64,000 nucleotides of DNA. It comes from Candidatus Latescibacterota bacterium. GTDB taxonomy: Bacteria > Latescibacterota > UBA2968 > GCA-2709665. Shown in pieces: positions 1-9,405 of the stretch. Numbering within the stretch: position 1 is the stretch's first letter; the number at the start of each line of letters is the position of its first letter. The DNA lies in the NCBI GenBank assembly GCA_965248435.1, contig OZ252100.1:2624001-2688000 (forward strand), read 5' to 3'. The notes beneath the pieces are model-generated. The model did no database searches. It was given only the letters and a program-made list of their open reading frames with translations, and was not told where the DNA came from. The position numbers and the translations under genes were made by a program.

Positions 1-99
1 TGCCGCGGTCGTCGCGGGGATCGAATCCCAGAAGAGGGAGGGACGTATCCGCGTCCGAACGCTTCAGGAGTTCCATCGAAGGGAGGTCTCACCGCCCCG

Positions 100-1935
100 A
101 TGAACCGTTCCTGGAAATTCGCGCCTCTCGCAGCTTCGGTCCTCCTTTCCAGCTGCGTCTATTTCAACACCTTCTACAACGCGCGAAAGCAATTCGATGA
201 CGCCGATCGGAAGCGTCGGGAGGTGGAAGCCCGCCCAGAGAGGAGTCGAAGACCCCAGGAGTACAAGCCCCTCTACCAGAACGCCATCCGAAAAGCCTCC
301 ATCGTGCTCGACAGACATCCCAATAGCAAATGGGTGGACGATTGCCTCCTGCTTATCGGCAAAGCTTTTTACTGGCGTGAGGTTTACGACGAGGCCGCCT
401 TGAAGTTCCAGGAGCTTGCTGAGAACTTTCCGGAAAGTGGCCTGATCGACGAGGCCCGTTACTGGCGCGGTCTGTCACTCCGCGCCGCGAGCCGAATCGA
501 TGCAGCTCGCGAAATATTTTCTGAAATTGGAAATACCGAGGGCGGGGCTTTCGTTCATGAATCCCGGATCGCTCTGGCAGAGCTCGAATCGGACCAGGAA
601 AATTTCCAGGCCGCTCTGGATGCCTACAATCGCCTTCTCTCGGATTATGAGAAAGAGAAGAAGCTGAGGGCCCAGATCTGGAGTGGAATCGGAAACGCCA
701 GTTTCCGTCTCATGCGCTATGATGACGCACTGGAGGCTTATCGAAACGTCTTGGAGTCCGGACCAACGATCGGGATGAACTACCTTACGCGGCTTCAGAT
801 CGGGAAGATGCTCGAGTTGCGGGGCGAATCCGATGAAGCCTTGAAGGCCTACGGGGAAATCCTGAAAGTCAAACGCCTTCGCGTCTACGAGGGGGAAATT
901 CGCCTTAAGCAGGCAAACGTATACGTTTCCGTGGGTGACCTTGCAGCCGCAGAAGAAATCCACAGGAAGATTATAGATGATTTCCCCCGCTCCGAACACA
1001 GTTCCGCGGCGTATTACGAAATGGGATTGATCGAGCTTCAGCAAAGAAAGAATCTTTCGTTGGCGAAGGAGCACTTTCAAAATTCGAGAAAGGAGAAGTC
1101 GAATTCCGAGGCGGCCGGACTCGTCAGGATACGTGAGAAGTTGCTCTCCGATCTGAAACGATACGAAAAGGCGTCGCGAAAGAAGGGCCTCAAAGGGCTT
1201 GAAGCCTCCTTCAACCTGGCTGAGCTCTACGTCTTTAACCTCTCCGAACCCGATTCCGCCGTGGCCATCTACAAACGGGTCCTGGAAAACGCCGACACGA
1301 CGCACTTCGCCCCCAAGGCCCTCTATGCACTGGGACTGGTCTACGCGGACACTCTCGAGGATTCCACTTCTGCGGGACGCTACTTTGACCAGCTGATCGA
1401 ACAGTATCCTGCCAGCCATTTCGCGCTTGCTGCCAGGAAGCAGATTCGCCGGGAGCGCACGAGTGAGGTCGAGGCCAGGGAACGATTTCATCAGGCCGAG
1501 GCGCTGAAAGGGGACGGCGCGGCGATGGAAGAGGTCCTGACCCTCTATGAAAAGATCGCCGCCGACTACTCGAACACCCTCTACGCGGCCAAGGCCATCT
1601 ACGCGCTGGCCTGGTGTTACGAAAACGAGCGCGACATGCCTGAGCTGGCCAGGGAGCAATATCAAAGACTGATCGATCGGTACCCATTGTCCGAGTTTTC
1701 GGAGGTGGCGATCGAAAAGTTGGAAGGCGACTTTCTGAAAGTCGAAGCTCCCCCCGCGGACAGTGCCAGGGCCCCTGACCCCGCTGACAGGAGATCTGAA
1801 TCGACGCGTCGCGATTCCGCGAAGGTCGATTCCATCGCCGCCACTTCGCCCGACCAGGAGGTTCTTCCTGACTCAACGGGCAAACGCACCTCAGCCTCGA
1901 AACGACAGCAGCCATCCCAGAAATCAGCCCGCTGA
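100..1935 (+). CDS. TPR-repeat lipoprotein (BamD/CpoB-like repeats)
   Basis: Lipobox LLSSC after a short signal; many TPR units ending in 'YP.S..A..A.Y'; low-complexity C-terminal tail. Confidence 0.85.
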   Translation: MNRSWKFAPLAASVLLSSCVYFNTFYNARKQFDDADRKRREVEARPERSRRPQEYKPLYQNAIRKASIVLDRHPNSKWVDDCLLLIGKAFYWREVYDEAALKFQELAENFPESGLIDEARYWRGLSLRAASRIDAAREIFSEIGNTEGGAFVHESRIALAELESDQENFQAALDAYNRLLSDYEKEKKLRAQIWSGIGNASFRLMRYDDALEAYRNVLESGPTIGMNYLTRLQIGKMLELRGESDEALKAYGEILKVKRLRVYEGEIRLKQANVYVSVGDLAAAEEIHRKIIDDFPRSEHSSAAYYEMGLIELQQRKNLSLAKEHFQNSRKEKSNSEAAGLVRIREKLLSDLKRYEKASRKKGLKGLEASFNLAELYVFNLSEPDSAVAIYKRVLENADTTHFAPKALYALGLVYADTLEDSTSAGRYFDQLIEQYPASHFALAARKQIRRERTSEVEARERFHQAEALKGDGAAMEEVLTLYEKIAADYSNTLYAAKAIYALAWCYENERDMPELAREQYQRLIDRYPLSEFSEVAIEKLEGDFLKVEAPPADSARAPDPADRRSESTRRDSAKVDSIAATSPDQEVLPDSTGKRTSASKRQQPSQKSAR

Positions 1936-1993
1936 ATCGCAGTTATGGAGTGACATTGAATCCACCGTCTGATCCACACATCACCCCGAACCA

Positions 1994-2782
1994 GTGAACA
2001 TGATTCAAGAGGATGGAGAGGTCGTGTTCAACGAACCGGTCGCGCAAGACATCTACTTGATGCGTCTGCGCGCCCCACGCATCGCCCGGGACTGTCGCCC
2101 CGCGCAATTTGTCCAGATCCGGACGGCCGAGGGCCTCTCTCCTTACCTTCGAAGGCCCTTCAGCGCCCTTCGTGCAGACCGCAAGGACGGATGGATCGAC
2201 ATCCTCTACGACGTCATCGGTCCGGGAACGCTGAGGATGTCAGTGGCGTCCGAGGGCGACGCCCTTGACCTGATCGGTCCTCTGGGTTGCCCATTCGAAC
2301 CCTCGGATGCCGACCGGCTCCTCCTTGTAGCCGGGGGTGTCGGCCTAGTCCCGCTCGCCTTTCTCACCTGGGAGGCTCCTCGAAGGCGACCCGAGACGAT
2401 CTTTCTGCTCGGCGCCGCCACAAAAATACGCATGCCTGACCCAGCCCGTTTGCTCCCACCCGGCATCGAGCTCCACCTGGCCACAGAGGACGGCAGCGCG
2501 GGTCACCGCGGCCTCGTGACCGACCTGATCCCCACTTTTGCCCGGGACGACAAGACCCTTATTTTCACCTGCGGGCCCGACGCGATGATGTCCCGCGTGG
2601 CAACACTCGCGGCTGAGCGCGGCCTGCCCTGTTTCGCTTCGCTCGAAAACCACATGGCTTGTGGTTTCGGGGCCTGCGTCGGCTGTGTCGTCGAATACCG
2701 CGAAGCGGTCAGGGATGACGTGCGATTTCGCAGAGCGTGTCTGGAAGGCCCTGTCGTTGACGCACACAAAATCGTCTGGTAG
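1994..2782 (+). CDS. pyrK: Dihydroorotate dehydrogenase electron transfer subunit
   Basis: LRRPFS FAD motif, AGGVG, CGP, 2Fe-2S motif MACGFGACVGC...CLEGPV; adjacent to pyrD. Confidence 0.95.
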   Translation: MNMIQEDGEVVFNEPVAQDIYLMRLRAPRIARDCRPAQFVQIRTAEGLSPYLRRPFSALRADRKDGWIDILYDVIGPGTLRMSVASEGDALDLIGPLGCPFEPSDADRLLLVAGGVGLVPLAFLTWEAPRRRPETIFLLGAATKIRMPDPARLLPPGIELHLATEDGSAGHRGLVTDLIPTFARDDKTLIFTCGPDAMMSRVATLAAERGLPCFASLENHMACGFGACVGCVVEYREAVRDDVRFRRACLEGPVVDAHKIVW

Positions 2783-2786
2783 CCCG

Positions 2787-3701
2787 GTGATCGATCTGTC
2801 CACAGAGATAGGCGGCGGACTTACGCTCCGGAATCCGGTGATGATCGCCTCCGGTACGTTCGGTCATGCCGCCGAATACGCCGACCTCTTCGACCTCAGC
2901 CGAATCGGGGGCGTCGTCACGAAGACGATTACCTACCATCCGCGTTCGGGCAATCCCCCACCCAGGACGGTGGAGACCCCGGGCGGAATGCTAAACGCTA
3001 TCGGACTGCCAAACCCGGGACTCGAAGGGTTCATCGAAGAAAAACTCCCACCGCTAAAGGCGTTGGACACGGTGCGGGTCGTCAGCATCGCGGGCACATC
3101 GAACACGGAATTTGCCCAAATGGCTCATCGACTGAACGATCTTCCCGGTGTGGATGCGCTCGAGCTCAACATCTCGTCCCCGAACATGAAAGACGGCGGC
3201 ATGCTCTTCGGCTGCCGAGAACAGGCTACCCAGGCCGTGACCGCGGCAGTAAAGGCGGTCTCGCGACTCCCCGTAATCGTCAAACTTACGCCAAATGTCA
3301 CCGATATCGCCGCGGTGGCCGCCGCCGCAGAAGAGGGGGGCGCAGACTGCATCGCACTGATTAATACCCTCCTCGGAATGGCGGTAGACATCGGGTCCAG
3401 GCGGCCGGTGCTTCGAAACGTGACTGGGGGACTCTCCGGACCCGCCATTAAGCCGGTTGCCCTCGCACAGGTCTGGAAGGTCGCCGACCGAGTCTCTCTA
3501 CCTGTTATCGGGATGGGCGGCATTTCGACCGCCGAAGACGCCATCGAGTTTCTGATTGCGGGCGCCTCTGCGATCCAGGTCGGCACGGCCGTGTTCATAA
3601 ATCCCTGGGTGCCTCTGGACATTGTGAGCGGAATTATGGATTATTGTCAAAGTCACAGCATCGATCCATTGAAGAATCTGGTGGGAAGTCTCAAAACCTG
3701 A
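2787..3701 (+). CDS. pyrD: Dihydroorotate dehydrogenase B catalytic subunit
   Basis: NPVMIASGTFG, GNPPPR, NAIGLPNPG, VKLTPN, GGLSGPAIKP; GTG start at 2787 just after the pyrK stop (ORF-track start at 2661 overlaps pyrK). Confidence 0.95.
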   Translation: MIDLSTEIGGGLTLRNPVMIASGTFGHAAEYADLFDLSRIGGVVTKTITYHPRSGNPPPRTVETPGGMLNAIGLPNPGLEGFIEEKLPPLKALDTVRVVSIAGTSNTEFAQMAHRLNDLPGVDALELNISSPNMKDGGMLFGCREQATQAVTAAVKAVSRLPVIVKLTPNVTDIAAVAAAAEEGGADCIALINTLLGMAVDIGSRRPVLRNVTGGLSGPAIKPVALAQVWKVADRVSLPVIGMGGISTAEDAIEFLIAGASAIQVGTAVFINPWVPLDIVSGIMDYCQSHSIDPLKNLVGSLKT

Positions 3702-3719
3702 ACCCTGGACGCTTGACTC

Positions 3720-4199
3720 TTGACCGCGCTTCGATTCACGATCCTGTGGCTTCTTCTGATCCTAACCCTGGCGACACTACCGGCCTGTGTTTCCCGGCCC
3801 CGTTACAGAACCAGCCCACCGAAACCGAGAGACCAAGAAAAAAACTCACCCTCCAAACACAATAACAACGGATCTCTCACTCCTGTCTCAAGAAAGGGCG
3901 CTCACCAGATAGGGCTCTCTTCTTATTATGCACACAAATTCCACGGGCGACCCACCGCAAGCGGAGAGATTTTCGACATGAACGGGCTAACCGCTGCCCA
4001 CAGAGAACTCCCGCTCGGCACGGTCGTTCGAGTCACTCATCTCGGGAATGGCCTAGACATCGTCGTCAAAGTGAACGATCGCGGTCCGTTCATAGATGGC
4101 CGAATCCTCGACCTCTCCCTGGGCGCCGCGCGAAAACTCGAAATGATCCAGGAGGGTGTGGCCCTCGTCAAGATCGAGATCCTGGAGGCAGTTCAATAA
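3720..4199 (+). CDS. rlpA: Septal ring lytic transglycosylase RlpA-family lipoprotein
   Basis: Lipobox LPAC; DPBB motifs SYY..KFHGRPTASGE, TAAHRELPLG, VNDRGPF...RILDLS; no SPOR domain. Confidence 0.9.
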   Translation: MTALRFTILWLLLILTLATLPACVSRPRYRTSPPKPRDQEKNSPSKHNNNGSLTPVSRKGAHQIGLSSYYAHKFHGRPTASGEIFDMNGLTAAHRELPLGTVVRVTHLGNGLDIVVKVNDRGPFIDGRILDLSLGAARKLEMIQEGVALVKIEILEAVQ

Positions 4200-4289
4200 A
4201 AACAGACGGCGGACGGCGAGATGAATCGCTTGATTTTTCTGGGTTTTTGGTTGTCTGCGGTCCGCGGTCTGTAGTTTGAGGAGATACCC

Positions 4290-5978
4290 ATGTCACCAAC
4301 CGAAACGTATAAGGTCTCTGATCTGTGCGAAGCGGCAACAGACGGTGACGTCGAACGCATCAAAACCATGCTCGATGCCCAGCCCGATCTGGTCAACGTG
4401 CATATGGCTGAAGACGACGAACATCGAGCCATTCACTTCGCCGTCATGAATCAGCGAGTGGACGCCGTGCGCACGCTCATGAAAGCCGGCGCTAACCACA
4501 GGTCGGGCATCTACCCACACCGCGATGCCACCGGTGCCCTCACAATGGCCGAAGAGCGGGGATACGACGACATCGTTCGCATCATCCGCGAGGAAGACGA
4601 AATACGCAACCTCGCTGCGTGCAAGAACGTCACCATCAGCCCCCAAAACGACGCCCTCTTCGATGCCATCGCTGAAGGCCACCAAGCTGATGCGCTCGAC
4701 ATTCTCGACGAACACCCCGATCTAATCGACGTGTGTCATCGCGACGGCGGGAGCGCCATCTATACCGCAGCTTCGCACGGTCGCTATCCACTTATACTGG
4801 AACTCCTGAAACGCGGTGCCGACATTTCACATCTCATGCCTGAAGGGGCATCGCCACTCGATGGCGCCGTTCACAAAATAAGGCGGCGCAACAAACCGAT
4901 CAATGAAGGCTGTTTGATTGCCGCAGGCATCCTTTTGCAGGCCGGCTGTGAGTTCTCGCTCGAAAGCGCCGTCGCGTTGGATGATCACGACTTCGTTCGC
5001 AACTACGCACAGACACACCCCGAGCGCTTCCAGTCCGATGAGAGCGAGAGGGACGGCCTCCTTCAAATAGCGGTAGAACACCACCGTGTCGACATGCTAC
5101 GTCTGTTGCTCGACCTTGGCCTCCATCCCGATGACCGGCACCAGAAACACGACTACGAATCCAAACCCCACAGCTGGGGTGAGCCGCTCTGGCTTGCGGC
5201 CGGTGATTCGCTTTATGAAATCGCCGAACTCCTCCTCGATCGCGGCGCCGATCCCAATGCCAGTGTTTACGCCAGTGGCAATCCTCTCGAGAGGGCCTAC
5301 AATAATCAGGACGATAGAATGAAGGGATTGCTTTTCAGATATGGAGGCGCCCTCGACCCCACAACGGCCGGACTCGAAGGCGAGACCGCCGCCGCGGCCG
5401 TCGCCCTGAACAACGATCCGTCACTCGCCGAACAGCTCCTCTGGGCCGCGGGTTGTGGGGGTGATCCCGATATCGCAGGCATGTGCCTGCGTGAACTCGA
5501 TTGGGAGCGGGACGACCCACGCTGGTTCTCTCTGCTCGAGCAGCCCCTGCGCCTCTGGCGTACGAATCCCCATCGCAAATTCCGCGATTTCGACCGATCC
5601 GTCTATCCAGAGATCTTCCGAATGATCCTGGATCACGGCGTGAGTCCCAACCTCGTTGGCCGTTTCGGATACAGGCTCGCACACCGTCTCGCCGCCTGCG
5701 GCGTGGCCTGGGGCGAGCCTGTCATGACCGAAACCGACCGTATCAATTTCGCCGAGATCCTCCTCGACCACGGCGCCGATCTCGACGTTACCGATGACCT
5801 GCTGCAGTCCTCTCCCCTTGGGTGGGCCGCTCGCTGGGGCAGGTACGAACTCGCCCGATGCTATCTCGAACACGGTGCAGATCCGACGCTTGCCGCAGCA
5901 GACTGGGCCACCCCGCTCGTGTGGGCGGAGAAGAGAGAGTATCCAGACATATCAGATCTGATCGGACAATACATCTAG
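4290..5978 (+). CDS. Ankyrin-repeat protein
   Basis: Repeated 'PL..AA..G...(I/V)..LL..GAD.N' units throughout; RBS GAGGAG upstream. Confidence 0.9.
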   Translation: MSPTETYKVSDLCEAATDGDVERIKTMLDAQPDLVNVHMAEDDEHRAIHFAVMNQRVDAVRTLMKAGANHRSGIYPHRDATGALTMAEERGYDDIVRIIREEDEIRNLAACKNVTISPQNDALFDAIAEGHQADALDILDEHPDLIDVCHRDGGSAIYTAASHGRYPLILELLKRGADISHLMPEGASPLDGAVHKIRRRNKPINEGCLIAAGILLQAGCEFSLESAVALDDHDFVRNYAQTHPERFQSDESERDGLLQIAVEHHRVDMLRLLLDLGLHPDDRHQKHDYESKPHSWGEPLWLAAGDSLYEIAELLLDRGADPNASVYASGNPLERAYNNQDDRMKGLLFRYGGALDPTTAGLEGETAAAAVALNNDPSLAEQLLWAAGCGGDPDIAGMCLRELDWERDDPRWFSLLEQPLRLWRTNPHRKFRDFDRSVYPEIFRMILDHGVSPNLVGRFGYRLAHRLAACGVAWGEPVMTETDRINFAEILLDHGADLDVTDDLLQSSPLGWAARWGRYELARCYLEHGADPTLAAADWATPLVWAEKREYPDISDLIGQYI

Positions 5979-6010
5979 CGTCTCAGACGACCCGCCGGTG
6001 AAGTGTACAG

Positions 6011-6048
6011 AAAAGCGGCCGTCTTCATCTTGTGAAGACGGCCGCTTC
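6011..6048. terminator. Hairpin terminator between convergent genes
   Basis: aagcggccgtcttca-tcttg-tgaagacggccgctt perfect stem; A-run on the left gives a U-tract on the minus strand. Confidence 0.8.
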
Positions 6049-6069
6049 AGTTATGATCTGTCTGTTGCT

Positions 6070-6501
6070 TCAGGACTGTCCGTTGTCGGACGGCTCCTCC
6101 CCGGACCTCTTCCCTTCGGCCTTTTCCCAGACCAGCCTCTCGAAGGCCCGCTTCGCGTTCAGTTCCTGCTCTCGCTCTTCGTGCAGCATCCGGGAGACGA
6201 TCCCCGCAAGTCGTTCGGGATCCCGCTTTCCTATCGCCAGGAGGGTCTTCAACTCCTTGATCGTCCGCTTTCGGGGTGAAAGTACCCCCTCAGGCCCTTT
6301 AGCAGCCTGCTTAGGGCCTTTGCCCCTCCTGAGCGGCGCGCGCTTCTTGCCGGCGCGTGTGAGCGTGACACGCTGCGTCTTCCACGGGCGCAGCACCTTA
6401 TCCAGGAACCGCTCCTTACCGCTTTCCTGATTTTTTCCGTTGTCCTGATTCTTGTCGCTGTCCTGATTCTTGCCACTGCCCTCAGGATCTTTCTTCGCCA
6501 T
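6070..6501 (-). CDS. Hypothetical protein with FliF C-terminus-like motif
   Basis: 143 aa, ATG with upstream purine-rich RBS, last gene of a minus-strand run; N-terminal KNQxxx triple repeat; DPERLAGIVSRML motif. Confidence 0.65.
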   Translation of the reverse strand: MAKKDPEGSGKNQDSDKNQDNGKNQESGKERFLDKVLRPWKTQRVTLTRAGKKRAPLRRGKGPKQAAKGPEGVLSPRKRTIKELKTLLAIGKRDPERLAGIVSRMLHEEREQELNAKRAFERLVWEKAEGKRSGEEPSDNGQS

Positions 6502-6609
6502 CTCCAGTTCCCCTGTTTCAGGCCCTGGTGGGAATTTAGTAATTCTGGTCCATCAGGACCAGTAAACCTTAGGTTAAGGCTCGAACGGCCGTTCCCTCGG
6601 AAACAGACA

Positions 6610-7818
6610 CTACTCAACCCCTTCGCCGGCCCCGACGGTTCGGAATTCAATCTGGGTCGGGAACGCGAAGCCCAGCAGGCGTCCCATCACCTCCCATTCG
6701 ACGAGGTCAACGACCGTGATTCCACTCCCACCACTCTGCGTGACGAATGTGCCCACGTAGGCCCGGGAGCCGTCGGGAGAAATGCCGATCGAACTCGATT
6801 GGCCCCCCAGATCCAAACGATTTGAAATCAGATTCCGTCCTACATCCAGGGATAGCAGCGTCCCAGCCGAACTGATGTAGAGGATCTTCCCATCCGGAGA
6901 AAAAGCAAGCCCCCCGTTCCCTGTATCATCGAGTTGAATCGCGCCGATCACTCGATCAGAGACCAGATCCAACACCGAAATGACCGGGCGATCCCCGTTC
7001 AGCACATAGGCTCGCTGGCCGTCTGCGGTGATACGCATATCAACGGGCTGCGAGCCGACGTCGATTCTACCCACCTCTTCCCCGCGTACCAGGTCCAGCA
7101 CGGAGATGTCGAAGCTGAGGGCATTCATCACGTAGAGCTTTCCTCCGTCTGGCGTCAGTCCCAATTGCTGGGGCGCGGTACCGACCCCGATCGTATCTAC
7201 GGGTTCCCGCCTCTCAACATCGATAATCGTCACTTGAGAAGTAAATGCCTCTGCGACATAGGCAAGATTTTCGTCAGGACTCAGTACCACGCGACCTGCG
7301 GATTCCAACGGCACGGAAAATTGGAGCTCCTGCTCAGCATTCAATACGAAAAGCCCGAACGACTCCGAAATATAGATCGACTCCTCGTCCTTTGAAATCG
7401 CCATGCCGGTCGGGCCACGGAAGGCAAGATACTCCTGTAACAGGTTGCTCCTGAAATCTATGACACCCACGAAATCCGCGCCGAGGTCGACCACGTAGAC
7501 CTCGAAACCACGACTCGGGGGCTGATCCTCCTGAATGGTGCCAAAGGCCTCGCTGAAAGAGACGAAGTCGTTTAGATTCACGACACCGTCTCCCGTAAGA
7601 TCAAACTCGGGATTGTACCCCGGATCTCCGCTCTGGGTCTCGAAAACCGTCACGAAAAGCACGAAATCGGCAAACCCGACACGTCCATCTTTGTCAAAAT
7701 CGGCCGCTAGAGGACCTTCAACGATCCAAACGATTCCATCGACCTGGGCTTGAAGACCCTGTGATGCGTACGCCCAAACAAGTACGGCTAAGACCAAACC
7801 CCTCGTCCAACTCATCAA
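6610..7818 (-). CDS. Secreted EF-hand/dockerin-like plus YVTN/YncE beta-propeller protein
   Basis: Signal peptide; paired Ca-binding loops DFDKDGRVGFADF and DLTGDGVVNLNDF; 'I.VG..P......PDG..LYV.N' blades. Confidence 0.85.
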   Translation of the reverse strand: MMSWTRGLVLAVLVWAYASQGLQAQVDGIVWIVEGPLAADFDKDGRVGFADFVLFVTVFETQSGDPGYNPEFDLTGDGVVNLNDFVSFSEAFGTIQEDQPPSRGFEVYVVDLGADFVGVIDFRSNLLQEYLAFRGPTGMAISKDEESIYISESFGLFVLNAEQELQFSVPLESAGRVVLSPDENLAYVAEAFTSQVTIIDVERREPVDTIGVGTAPQQLGLTPDGGKLYVMNALSFDISVLDLVRGEEVGRIDVGSQPVDMRITADGQRAYVLNGDRPVISVLDLVSDRVIGAIQLDDTGNGGLAFSPDGKILYISSAGTLLSLDVGRNLISNRLDLGGQSSSIGISPDGSRAYVGTFVTQSGGSGITVVDLVEWEVMGRLLGFAFPTQIEFRTVGAGEGVE

Positions 7819-8471
7819 GACTGTTCCTTTTTTTCTAAGTCCTTTTCGTCAACTGTTTCCACCCGGTTGCCGCCTGCTTTCTTCGCCGAGTACAACACGC
7901 GATTGAGATGGTGAAAGACATCCTCGGCCGTAGCTCTGTCGTCCGCCCCTTCCTTCGCCCTGATAGAAGCCACCCCCGAGCTTACCGTAATCTGTTTCGT
8001 GCTGTCGCCGCAGGGGAAGAAGTGCGCCTTGACCCGGGCACGCAGCATATTCGCACGCCCCCGGACCGTGTCAAGATCCCCGGGATAGACGACAACTGAG
8101 AAGTGTGTCCCATCGACGTGGGCTACGCGGTCCTCCTCCCCAAGGAGTGATCTCAGCAGTTCGCCCAAGCCCTGAATCACCTGGTCCCCTGCCTCCCGCC
8201 CGTGTGTTTCGTTGATCTCCCCGAGTTCATCTGCGGAAAGAAGGACAATCCCTACCGGATCTCCATCCTTTGCAGAGCGCTTGAGGGTCTGGGGGAGCAT
8301 GGCGCGCATGAAAGAGATCTTGTTCGGCAGGCCTGTCAGCGAATCGGTACCCGCCATCCGGGCCCATCGCTTATTTTCATCTCTCAGACGCTCGACCTCT
8401 GCCTTGAGTTCTTCTTTTTCTGCTTCGAGCGCCCTGACTCGCTGTGGCAGGTCTTTATCACGCGCGGTCAT
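7815..8471 (-). CDS. Degenerate GGDEF-domain protein with N-terminal coiled coil
   Basis: DSLTGLPN, INETHGREAGD, ITVSSGVA, AKKAGGNR; active site reads VDGTHF. Confidence 0.85.
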   Translation of the reverse strand: MTARDKDLPQRVRALEAEKEELKAEVERLRDENKRWARMAGTDSLTGLPNKISFMRAMLPQTLKRSAKDGDPVGIVLLSADELGEINETHGREAGDQVIQGLGELLRSLLGEEDRVAHVDGTHFSVVVYPGDLDTVRGRANMLRARVKAHFFPCGDSTKQITVSSGVASIRAKEGADDRATAEDVFHHLNRVLYSAKKAGGNRVETVDEKDLEKKEQS

Positions 8472-9100
8472 CGCGCGCTCGATGAGACTTCAAACTCGGG
8501 TTCGAGTCCCTGAACTGTTTGCGATCCGGGATCTTCAACTCGACGCAGCAATTCGTAAAGCATAATACCTCCCGCAACGGACACGTTCAGGGAATGTTTG
8601 GAACCCAGCATGGGAATCTCGACAACAGCGTCGCACGCCTCCAGAGTTTCGGGGTGAATGCCTTCTACCTCGTGACCCAGTACCGCGGCCACGGGCAGTT
8701 TGTAATCGAAAGAACGAAAGTCTTCACTCCCGCCGGTCTGCTCCAGGCCGACGACCTGGACGCCTCCCTCTTTGAGCAGTCTGATCGCGGTCAGCGAATC
8801 CTCCACATAGGTCCAGGGGACGGACTCCTCCGCCCCCAGCGCAACTCGCCGAATCTCCTTTCGAGGAGGACACCCCGTGAAACCGGTCAGAGTACAGCCC
8901 GAGGCACGCACCGCGTCCGCCGTTCTGAAGATTGCTCCAACATTGAACAGCGAACGTACATTTTCCAGCACGACGTAGATTGGAAGTCGACCTGGGTCTT
9001 GATTTTTCATCTTGTACGCATTCAATAACACAGCCACCCCGGTCACAACCTGAGGTGGCTCTGGAGAGGTTGGCAATTCTCCGGTCGGTTTGGGCACCAT
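8468..9100 (-). CDS. TrmH/SpoU-family RNA methyltransferase
   Basis: LENVRS.FNVGAIFRTADA, LGHEVEG, IPM.G.KHSLNVSVA SPOUT motifs. Confidence 0.92.
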   Translation of the reverse strand: MVPKPTGELPTSPEPPQVVTGVAVLLNAYKMKNQDPGRLPIYVVLENVRSLFNVGAIFRTADAVRASGCTLTGFTGCPPRKEIRRVALGAEESVPWTYVEDSLTAIRLLKEGGVQVVGLEQTGGSEDFRSFDYKLPVAAVLGHEVEGIHPETLEACDAVVEIPMLGSKHSLNVSVAGGIMLYELLRRVEDPGSQTVQGLEPEFEVSSSAR

Positions 9101-9150
9101 TAGACGATCGGCGATCCGACCCGAAGAGATCCAGTACTAATGAAAGAGAA

Positions 9151-9378
9151 CTAGGCGGAGTCGGCCTCTGTTTCTTCAGGCAGGTCGACGGCCGTATTGT
9201 CCGAACCTGAATGTCCGTTGAACCTGCCGCGCGCACCCTGGAGCGCTGTCTCCAGATGCTCGACGGCGCGTTTGCCAAGTTCGGAAGCCAAGAGGCCACC
9301 CATAATCCCACCCACAACTGCCCCCACCACAAACCCGAACGAGAACGAGTCCTTAGTGCCGCGGCGCCTTCCGATCAT
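9151..9378 (-). CDS. YtxH-like small membrane protein
   Basis: FGFVVGAVVGGIMGGLLA glycine-rich TM segment followed by a helix; AAGGAGG RBS. Confidence 0.7.
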   Translation of the reverse strand: MIGRRRGTKDSFSFGFVVGAVVGGIMGGLLASELGKRAVEHLETALQGARGRFNGHSGSDNTAVDLPEETEADSA

Positions 9379-9405
9379 CAGCCCGGCCTCCTTCGTTCGC
9401 GAAAA

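Noticed and set aside
475-1665. Long antisense ORFs (also 23247-24182, 48131-49162, 13766-14620)
   Set aside because: Shadow frames of well-supported genes, expected in GC-rich DNA, with no motifs of their own
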